DNA from: Pseudobdellovibrionaceae bacterium
Lineage (GTDB): Bacteria > Bdellovibrionota > Bdellovibrionia > Bdellovibrionales > Bdellovibrionaceae
Direction: 5' to 3'
Length of the DNA stretch: 23,321 nt
NCBI GenBank assembly: GCA_039810425.1
Contig: JBDHWW010000043.1
Location: 1-23,321 of the forward strand
The number at the start of each line of letters is the position of its first letter. Within the stretch, counting starts at the first letter, position 1. Shown here in pieces: positions 16,862-23,321 of the stretch. The notes below the pieces were generated by a model. That model ran no database searches. It had not been told where the DNA came from and saw only the letters and a list, made by a program, of their open reading frames with translations. Both the position numbers and the translations under genes were made by a program.

Positions 16862-17103
16862 TCCCCGTCCATCATGATATCTGTCAAATGGTGAAAGCGA
16901 ACCGGCACGGATGGGGCTGCCTTCTGAATTTTCTTTGTCGGGGGAATCACTACCCGCGCAACAGGGTCCGCGTGCTGTATCAGCCCGAGCTGGTCCATAA
17001 TTTCAACTCTACCCGACATCGCAGGAACTTGATCCAAACGATCGTCTGCGAAACTAATGCCTGTAATGAAAAGCGCAATGGCAACTAAGATTACGACCCG
17101 CAT
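16858..17103 (-). CDS. Small hypothetical exported protein (81 aa)
   Basis: ATG 17103 follows a G-rich SD (AAGGGGG). Clear signal peptide MRVVILVAIALFITGISFA. The stop overlaps the acyltransferase stop. Confidence 0.6.
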   Translation of the reverse strand: MRVVILVAIALFITGISFADDRLDQVPAMSGRVEIMDQLGLIQHADPVARVVIPPTKKIQKAAPSVPVRFHHLTDIMMDGD

Positions 17104-17278
17104 AAGAAAACCCCCTTTTGAGATCTTCCTGGATAAGACGATTTTCGACGACGAATCCTCTCGTCCCAAAATGACCTGCCAAAAACCGATTCGGATTGAG
17201 AATCGCCGCGCCTTTTTCTTGATTTTCAAATGCTTTGCCCGAGGTCAAAACGGCTTTCCACCATTGTTTCATTGACTC

Positions 17279-17315
17279 AAAAAAGCCCGAACGCAGAACC
17301 TCCGGACTGGCTCGG
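17279..17315 (-). terminator. Intrinsic terminator-like hairpin about 155 nt downstream of the dadA-like gene
   Basis: Minus strand reads CCGAGC-CAG-(10 nt)-CUG-C-GUUCGG-GC-UUUUUU. Confidence 0.55.
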
Positions 17316-17470
17316 AAAAAAACTCAGCCATCAAGAAAGACAACCAAAGCGTACATCTCCAAGCAAGCAAGAAAAACGGTTTTATGGGTTACCTTGGCCA
17401 GTATTGGAAAGCCTACATAAAAGGCCTCCTCAATGGATAGTGACCAAAGAACAGCAACTAGACTTACACC

Positions 17471-18718
17471 TTAGAATCGATTCGGGTTCAGCACACCCAT
17501 ATCCACGAACGGTGTTTTATTTTCAACTAAATCCGCGACTAACAAACCCGTCCCGGAGCCGCTTTGCAGGCCGAGCATCTGATGCCCCACGGCCAGCACC
17601 AGATTATTGATACTATCATGACGGCCAATCAAGGGCACACCGTCCGGCGTGCAGGGGCGAAGTCCCGCCCAGAGTTCTTGCACTTGCAATTCTTCCGGCA
17701 GATGCAGGAACTCGCGGGCGCCACGCTTGATGTTTTCAACACGCTTTTGCGTGATGGAAAAATCCTGATCCACTAACTCCAAAGTCCCGGCGATCCGCAA
17801 AGTATTTTGGCGAGGTGTGATCGCGATCTTCTTTTCCACAAGCATCATCGGATACTGCGGTTGTTTTTCCAGCTTTGGAACAATCATCGCATAACCTTTG
17901 CCACCCAGGATCGGCACACGAAGGCGGAGCATCTTTGCCATGCTCTTCGACCAACTGCCCGTCGCAATGATGACTTGCTTTGCCTGGATGTCGCCCGCGG
18001 ACGTCAGAACTTTTTCGATCTGACCGTTATTCAAAACCATATTGTAAAGCTCGGCGTTCTCTATAATCTCGCCACCGTGGCCGCGGATTTCCTTCGCCAT
18101 GGCTTGCACAACCAAGTATGGCTCAGCCATCGCCTCGTGCGAAAAGTACACGCCCCCCAAGAGCGGTGACTTCAAGGCCGGTTCCATCGCCTGGATGTCA
18201 TCGCTGTTTAAAACTTTTCCAGGCACGTCGAGATTTTTCACATAATTGAGCTCTTCAACCGCCGACGCCACGCCGGCCTCCGTGCGGCTGACCATCAAAA
18301 GACCTTTTTGCTCAAAGCGGATCTCAGGATACTTCTGTCCGAGCTTTTCATATTCTTCAAGACTTTTCTGAGACAATGCGACTAAACACTCAACCGCGCG
18401 ACGGGCTTGCTTCTCATTCATGGCTTTGAGAAAGCTCATCATCCACGAGGCCAAGTCCCAAGAGAACGAAGGCTTGATGTACAGCGGGCTTTGCGGGTCC
18501 ATCAGCCACTTCATGGATTTTAACAGCATGCCTGGCATCGGCAGAGGCATCGCAAAACATGGAGTCATCCAACCCGCGTTTCCGTAGGAACAACCTTTTC
18601 CCACCGTGCCCTTGTCGATCACACAAACCTTGGCGCCACGACGAGAAAGTTCCGCACCAATAGAGCTGCCAATGATGCCGGCACCGACAATCAAGATATC
18701 CGCTTGTTTTATTTGCAT
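17471..18718 (-). CDS. FAD-dependent D-amino acid dehydrogenase/oxidase (DadA/DAO family)
   Basis: Rossmann motif IVGAGIIG, GCSYGNAG, GKGY, WAGLRPCTPDGVPLIG and GHQMLGL. Start set at ATG 18718. Confidence 0.9.
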   Translation of the reverse strand: MQIKQADILIVGAGIIGSSIGAELSRRGAKVCVIDKGTVGKGCSYGNAGWMTPCFAMPLPMPGMLLKSMKWLMDPQSPLYIKPSFSWDLASWMMSFLKAMNEKQARRAVECLVALSQKSLEEYEKLGQKYPEIRFEQKGLLMVSRTEAGVASAVEELNYVKNLDVPGKVLNSDDIQAMEPALKSPLLGGVYFSHEAMAEPYLVVQAMAKEIRGHGGEIIENAELYNMVLNNGQIEKVLTSAGDIQAKQVIIATGSWSKSMAKMLRLRVPILGGKGYAMIVPKLEKQPQYPMMLVEKKIAITPRQNTLRIAGTLELVDQDFSITQKRVENIKRGAREFLHLPEELQVQELWAGLRPCTPDGVPLIGRHDSINNLVLAVGHQMLGLQSGSGTGLLVADLVENKTPFVDMGVLNPNRF

Positions 18719-18842
18719 GACCCTATTTGATGAATTTTTCGGACGAAAAACAAGAACTAAAAGACGGAGGACATAAGGCCGCAAAAAGAAGGACGTAAGC
18801 CAGTGCTTTTGTCGTCAGTATCTAAAGAGGCCTATCTTAATA

Positions 18843-19037
18843 TTATTTATCGGGAAGATCGCTGCCGATCTCCTTCAGAATGTCATCCCACTTCTTGATG
18901 AGAACTCCCGGAGCATCGGGATCCCGGCGCACGAGTTCTTTCGTGATCAGCGCCGCCACCGCCACGGCGATGACGAGGAGTAAAACGTACTCCACCACCA
19001 CTTGACCGCGTCTATTTGCCCGGGATTTTGTTTTCAT
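18843..19037 (-). CDS. Flp/TadE-like type IV prepilin (class III signal peptide)
   Basis: Basic leader, cleavage motif RRG/QVVVEY with Glu+5 and Tyr+6, then a hydrophobic helix. 64 aa. Confidence 0.8.
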   Translation of the reverse strand: MKTKSRANRRGQVVVEYVLLLVIAVAVAALITKELVRRDPDAPGVLIKKWDDILKEIGSDLPDK

Positions 19038-19041
19038 TGAA

Positions 19042-19473
19042 TTAAGCTTCGTGCTGAAGCTCAGGGACCGCTTTGAGAGAAGGTTTCCAATTCTGAATCG
19101 CTAGACCAATGGTTTCAACCAAAAGATCGAGATGGTTATCTTCCAAGGGGCCACGAAGGCCAACAACCACATCTTCATTCCACTTCTCAAGAGCCAGCGG
19201 ATGATTCGTTTGATTTTGACTTTCAAATGACAGCAGAAAACTTTCTTCAGATGGATAAACCATCACAAGGATGTTCGCGCCGGTTGCTTTAGAGATCTCT
19301 TTAGCGCGCACCACTTCGTTATTAAGCTTTTGCTGGATCATGAAGTAGATCTTCAAGGCTAAAGACTCTTGGAATTGAGCGAAATAGATGCGAATCGGTC
19401 CGTCGAAGATGGCTGAATTGAAAGCCGGGTTAAAAAACTTCGACTGCATCAAAGTAGAATAAGACGACTTCAT
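19042..19473 (-). CDS. Hypothetical cytoplasmic protein (143 aa)
   Basis: Clean ORF with SD GAGGGG and protein-like composition, ending 4 bp before the prepilin gene. Family not recognised. Confidence 0.75.
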   Translation of the reverse strand: MKSSYSTLMQSKFFNPAFNSAIFDGPIRIYFAQFQESLALKIYFMIQQKLNNEVVRAKEISKATGANILVMVYPSEESFLLSFESQNQTNHPLALEKWNEDVVVGLRGPLEDNHLDLLVETIGLAIQNWKPSLKAVPELQHEA

Positions 19474-19552
19474 GATTATTTTTCCCCTCTAGAAATATCT
19501 TTCAATTTCTAAGACTAGGAATACTTGGTTCCCTTTTTCAAACTTTTTTTAA

Positions 19553-19574
19553 GAATCTTAAATTTTTAAGATTC
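19553..19574. promoter_or_regulatory. 22-bp palindrome, candidate operator
   Basis: GAATCTTAAA-TT-TTTAAGATTC, with perfect 10-bp arms, in the AT-rich gap between hutI and the hypothetical/prepilin pair. Confidence 0.4.
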
Positions 19575-19602
19575 GTCGCGTTATTTAGTTCTGTTAAGAA
19601 TT

Positions 19603-20835
19603 CTAAAAAATCTTGTTTCCGCTCTGATAGACCAAGGTCGGGGAACGCTCACCAATGGAGTAAAACAACTGCCGCCAGTCAGCATCAATGCACATAAAAT
19701 CAGCACTCTTGCCAAGCTCCAAGGAACCGATCTCAGATTGCAGATTGAGCGCATAAGCACCGCCCACCGTGTAAGCCGCGATCACTTCAGGCAAGGTCAT
19801 CTTCATTTCTAAGCGCGCCAGAAGCCCTACAAGGTTCACATCCTGCGTAGGAGAAGTCCCCGGGTTGAAGTCCGTCGCCAGAGCCACACGTGCGCCGCCA
19901 TCAATCAATTCGCGGGCCGGTGGATATTTACACTTCATATATAAGTCCGCCGCCGGCAACAGCACACAAGTCACTTGTGACTTAGCAAGTTTTTGTATCT
20001 GCGTGCTCCCTATCTGAATCAAGTGATCACCCGACAAAGCTCCCAACTCAACTCCCAGATCAGCCCCGCCACTGAGAGTGAGCTGATCTGCATGCATCAG
20101 AACCTCAAAACCTAACGCTTGAGCGGCCTTTAAGAACTCGCGGGAATCGTCTTTGTCAAAGAAACCATTTTCGACATAGATGTCGACACGCTTTGAAAGC
20201 TTTTGCCGTTTCACCTGAGGCAGAACTTTTTCTTTTAAGAAATCAAGGTAGGCCTTGTAAGTGTCAAACTCCGGTGGTTTGGCGTGCGCCCCCAAGAATG
20301 TCGTCACTATGCGCGGACCTTCGAGAGACTGCGCCACCTTTAAAACTTTCAATTCGTTTTTTTCATCCAGTGCATAGCCCGATTTAACTTCAAGGGTTGT
20401 GACACCTTGGCAAGAAAACGCATCCGCGCGCTTCTGTGCCAGCGCCTTCATCTGTGCAGCTGGCATCGCGCGGGTTTGCTGCATCGTCGAAAGGATGCCG
20501 CCGCCTTTTTTGGCGATCTCCTGATAGCTCACACCACTATTACGGAGCTCAAACTCGGCCGCACGGCTGCCTGCAAAAACCAGGTGCGTGTGACACTCGA
20601 CCAGGCCCGGTAAAACCGTCATGCCTTTTGCGGAAACTTCTTTCAGTTTCTTCTTTGCCAACTCTTTAGGAATTTTCTTGTGCGGGCCGATCCACGCGAT
20701 ACGGCCCTTTTCAATAAACATCGCTTGCTGTTGCACAATCCCCAGATCGGACTCGGCCACCTTACGGCCTTCTTTTTCCATCGCCGGGGCAAGAGTTAAT
20801 AGCTCGCTGATATTGGTCACAAGTAAATTTGCCAT
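19603..20835 (-). CDS. hutI: Imidazolonepropionase
   Basis: PGLVECHTHLVFAGSR-x-EF, GGGILST, GVTTLEVKSGY, FLGAHA, HADQL and ATDFNPGTSP motifs. Start at ATG 20835. Confidence 0.96.
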   Translation of the reverse strand: MANLLVTNISELLTLAPAMEKEGRKVAESDLGIVQQQAMFIEKGRIAWIGPHKKIPKELAKKKLKEVSAKGMTVLPGLVECHTHLVFAGSRAAEFELRNSGVSYQEIAKKGGGILSTMQQTRAMPAAQMKALAQKRADAFSCQGVTTLEVKSGYALDEKNELKVLKVAQSLEGPRIVTTFLGAHAKPPEFDTYKAYLDFLKEKVLPQVKRQKLSKRVDIYVENGFFDKDDSREFLKAAQALGFEVLMHADQLTLSGGADLGVELGALSGDHLIQIGSTQIQKLAKSQVTCVLLPAADLYMKCKYPPARELIDGGARVALATDFNPGTSPTQDVNLVGLLARLEMKMTLPEVIAAYTVGGAYALNLQSEIGSLELGKSADFMCIDADWRQLFYSIGERSPTLVYQSGNKIF

Positions 20836-20873
20836 AGGTTTTTTGTAGCCCCGTGGCAAAATCCTGGCAACCC

Positions 20874-21953
20874 TTAAATCTCAAAATCCCGCGCGTCTGT
20901 CAGTTTGCTGGCAAAGCCTAAGTCCACAGAGGGCTCCCGGTTTACAGGAGCCCTCTCTTCGGCTTCGCTCGGTGCACCCTCTTTTTCTTTTTCAACAAGC
21001 GCATGGCGCGGGAAAACCAAGACTGGGCACGGCGCCGCGCGCACAATGTTTCGGGCAATACTTCCAAGAAGCGCCACCTTCATCGGCCCGCTTTGCCCTT
21101 CCATGATAATCAGATCAGAACCTGTTATCGTCGCTCGACGGCAAATCAGATCGTCGACCGGTTCGCCGACGGTCTCGATGAAAGCTTCACACGACACACC
21201 TTCGGACTTCGCCCAATCAGCCCAGTTCTCAGCCCGCTTGATTTGATGATCGGCCTGAATGCGCAGGAAATCCTCGAGAGAAACCATTTCCCCTTCCACG
21301 CCGTAAAGCGAAGGGTAGTACCCCGAATCCATCACGAGTCGCGCCGGCATCGGCACGGCGTGATAGATACTCACCGAGGCGTTCATCTGTTTTGCAGCGG
21401 ACACGGTTCTGCGGAAAACTTCGCGCGCGTAATCGCCGAACTCTGTCGGGAAAAGAATTTTACTAAATTGCGGCTCCATTTTAAGGCCCGCGCCAATGAC
21501 AAGGACCGGCACTGCGGAGTGGACCAGCAGCGTTTCAGCAAAGCTGCCCAGAAAAAAACGATCCAGCCCCTTTCGTCCATGGCTGCTGACAATAATCATA
21601 TCGGCATGTTGTTTGTTGGCGTAATCAAGCAGCGTTTCCACCGATGCCGAGGTCGACGCCAAAGGTTCCACCAGAATCTTCGGAGTCAGAATGTGTGGAA
21701 AGCCGGTTGTTAGCAGAACCTCTTCAAGATGCGCGCGCAGATTTTGTTGAAAATCGCGCATCCATTCCGTGCTGTAGTCCACGGGCCAGTTCATTTCTGT
21801 TGAGCCCAACACGAACACCGGTTCGATTTGCGCATAAGTCTTGTTCTGGAAGACCCCCAGGACCCTTGCTGCTTTCTCCTGAAGGTCTTCTTTTTCTTCA
21901 AAAGCATCAATGGACCAAATAATTTTCTTCATTTTAAATCGATCGTTCAGCAT
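20874..21953 (-). CDS. Universal stress protein with two tandem USP domains
   Basis: Two USP signatures: SSHGRKGLDRFFLGSFAETLL...PVLVI and GQSG...LLGSIARNIVRAAPCPVLV. ATG 21953 follows SD GGAGAGG (alternative start 21932). Confidence 0.92.
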   Translation of the reverse strand: MLNDRFKMKKIIWSIDAFEEKEDLQEKAARVLGVFQNKTYAQIEPVFVLGSTEMNWPVDYSTEWMRDFQQNLRAHLEEVLLTTGFPHILTPKILVEPLASTSASVETLLDYANKQHADMIIVSSHGRKGLDRFFLGSFAETLLVHSAVPVLVIGAGLKMEPQFSKILFPTEFGDYAREVFRRTVSAAKQMNASVSIYHAVPMPARLVMDSGYYPSLYGVEGEMVSLEDFLRIQADHQIKRAENWADWAKSEGVSCEAFIETVGEPVDDLICRRATITGSDLIIMEGQSGPMKVALLGSIARNIVRAAPCPVLVFPRHALVEKEKEGAPSEAEERAPVNREPSVDLGFASKLTDARDFEI

Positions 21954-21967
21954 AAGCCTCTCCACTG

Positions 21968-22435
21968 TTAGTTAATTTTAATTTCTTGAAAATCCGTGAG
22001 ATGCAGTTTTGGCAGCAGTATCCATAGGACGCCGTCATCAAAATGAGCTGTAATTTTATTGGTATCGATATTGCCAGGAATGCTGAAGCTTCTCAGAAAC
22101 TTCCCATGGGCGCGCTCGTAGTAACTTTCATTGTCCGCATGGGTGGCACGGCGACGTTCGCCAGAGACTCGCAAGTCGTGAGCATTCAAATCGATGCGGA
22201 TCTCGTGGCTTTTCAAGCCGGGAACATCCACTGTGATTAGAAACATCGTTTCTGACTCTTCGACATCGATATCCGGGATAAAAACACTCAGAGCTTCATC
22301 TTCAGGCCCAGCAATTTCTCGCTGGTGGTCGAAGTATGCGTTTTCAAAGCGATTAAAAAACTCATCAAAGCGCGTAAGGATTTTGTGGCTGCCCGAACTG
22401 CCACGTCCGGAGCGAATCGTGGGCACATATCTCAT
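21968..22435 (-). CDS. Small heat shock protein (Hsp20/alpha-crystallin family)
   Basis: PDIDVEE, DVPGL, L-x-VSGER, ER-x-GKF-RSF-x-P, A-x-FDDGVL-x-I-x-LPK and a C-terminal I-x-I motif. ATG 22435 follows GGGGGG. Confidence 0.94.
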   Translation of the reverse strand: MRYVPTIRSGRGSSGSHKILTRFDEFFNRFENAYFDHQREIAGPEDEALSVFIPDIDVEESETMFLITVDVPGLKSHEIRIDLNAHDLRVSGERRRATHADNESYYERAHGKFLRSFSIPGNIDTNKITAHFDDGVLWILLPKLHLTDFQEIKIN

Positions 22436-23146
22436 AAGACCCCCCATGCAAAAGCAAAGCTTTTAACACTGTCATTCTACGGGTGGCTTATGACTAAGAG
22501 TGGGAGGAGATAAGAAGATATTGCGAAAAAAAACACGGCCCTGACGAAACAACATACAACTTCAACATCCGTATACCACTGAAACCGTATCCAACTTCCG
22601 CTTGAACATCTGCTCTGCTGACAGGGCCGTAACCTAAAACAACACCAAAAAGACAGTCCCAGTATGCCTGTCTCTTCCGAATGAAACCAGTGAAAAAACA
22701 CAACGCGAACGTTACTCTAATTCATGTTAAGAAACTTTGTTATCGAACGAAATGCGTTGATGTGATTGTGACAAATAGGAGACGATCTGAAACTGCCCCC
22801 TTACGCTGTTGATGGCAAAGGGGTTGCAGGAGTCCGCACGACGGTGGTGAAGTTCGGAAGCTTTGTCAGAAGGCCTTTTCTTTAACCACACTGTCTCGTT
22901 GTTATAAACAAAAGAAAAGACACCTTAATCCGCAAATATACCTCCAACTCGTAGAAGGACCTTCTTCCTCAATTAAACCATGTCTACATGCAAACCCTTA
23001 TCCGGCCCGCGTTTCTGTGAGTGCTTGGTGATAATGTGTCGATGTGAAATCAAGGCTTTGGTGGAGAATACAGAGTTTTTTATTGCCGCAAAGTCACTGC
23101 AAACAGACATCCTGTCTGTTGAGGGCTCTCCCCTCAAACTCCCGCT

Positions 23147-23173
23147 ACTCCTGATGCCTCCCGCATCAGGAGT
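23147..23173. repeat. Perfect 11-bp inverted repeat overlapping the first tandem repeat unit
   Basis: ACTCCTGATGC (23147-23157), loop CTCCC, GCATCAGGAGT (23163-23173). Confidence 0.85.
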
Positions 23174-23265
23174 TCCAGGCACTATTCAGGAGTTCCAGGC
23201 ACTATTCAGGAGTTCCAGGCACTATTCAGGAGCTCCAGGCTCTGTTCAGGAGTTCTAGGCTTAAT
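23166..23265. repeat. Tandem array of five 20-bp units (consensus TCAGGAGTTCCAGGCACTAT)
   Basis: Three identical units at 23166, 23186 and 23206, then degenerate units at 23226 (TCAGGAGCTCCAGGCTCTGT) and 23246 (TCAGGAGTTCTAGGCTTAAT). No spacers. Confidence 0.95.
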
Positions 23266-23274
23266 TGGGATAAT

Positions 23275-23302
23275 AAAGACGGACCCGGATGGTCCGTCTT
23301 TT
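23275..23302. terminator. Terminator-like hairpin after the repeat array (could act on either strand)
   Basis: AAAGACGGACC-CGGAT-GGTCCGTCTTT(T): perfect 11-bp stem with short A and T tracts. Confidence 0.7.
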
Positions 23303-23321
23303 CCCGGGGAATGGGGGCGGA

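Noticed and set aside
17230..17610. Plus-strand ORFs of 126 aa and 61 aa
   Set aside because: No SD and no motifs. The longer one overlaps the dadA-like gene antisense, and the G-U pairing pattern favours a minus-strand RNA here.
485..22466. Numerous antisense and alternate-frame ORFs inside the assigned genes (e.g. 4214..4804, 4992..5618, 15486..16097, 21003..21713)
   Set aside because: Shadow ORFs of well-supported conserved genes, with no independent motifs.
22772..22840. Cobalamin riboswitch-like words (AATAGGAG...ACTGCCCCC...CTGT...CAGGAGTCCG)
   Set aside because: The core GGGAA and CGGTG..AATCCG elements and a proper B12 box are missing, and no B12-related gene follows.
22477..23258. 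Short ORFs 22477..22701, 22494..22703, 22973..23182 and 22980..23258
   Set aside because: No convincing SD or protein-like signature. They run through hairpins or the 20-bp repeats, whose period breaks frame.
23166..23265. CRISPR array
   Set aside because: The units are directly tandem 20-mers with no unique spacers, and no cas genes are in the window.
23311..23321. TGGGGGCGGA at the window edge as the 3' end of a minus-strand tRNA (His-like, followed by the 23275-23302 hairpin) or the 5' end of tmRNA
   Set aside because: Only 10 nt are visible, so no cloverleaf or T-arm can be checked. Flanking sequence is needed.

Overview
Core-genome window from what looks like a Bdellovibrio-like (Bdellovibrionota) chromosome. 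The taxon is inferred from gene style: a secreted S1 trypsin, an orphan periplasmic binding protein, an orphan Flp/TadE-type prepilin and a TPR-rich lytic transglycosylase. On the + strand are an Amidase_3 cell-wall amidase, rph, rdgB, a family-3 solute-binding protein, prs, rplY, pth, ychF, radA, a stand-alone cNMP-binding protein, a small secreted protein with secretin-like motifs and an acyltransferase. On the - strand are a trypsin-like protease, a TPR-SLT transglycosylase followed by oppB/oppC-type permeases, glpK, a small secreted protein, a DadA-type FAD oxidoreductase, a prepilin, a hypothetical protein, hutI, a tandem-USP protein and hsp20. No integrase, transposase, CRISPR array, rRNA or complete tRNA is visible. 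The unexplained signal is non-coding: (1) a hairpin just upstream of rplY that reproduces the 5S rRNA loop E GAUG/AGUA motif bound by L25, a candidate autoregulatory leader; (2) a hairpin-dense, ORF-poor ~0.9 kb region at the right end with five tandem 20-bp AGGAG-containing quasi-palindromic repeats, bracketed by an antisense stem and a terminator-like hairpin; (3) several other structured intergenic elements, including a sequestered SD-AUG-UAG start-stop site. All structures were paired by eye, and no database searches were run.
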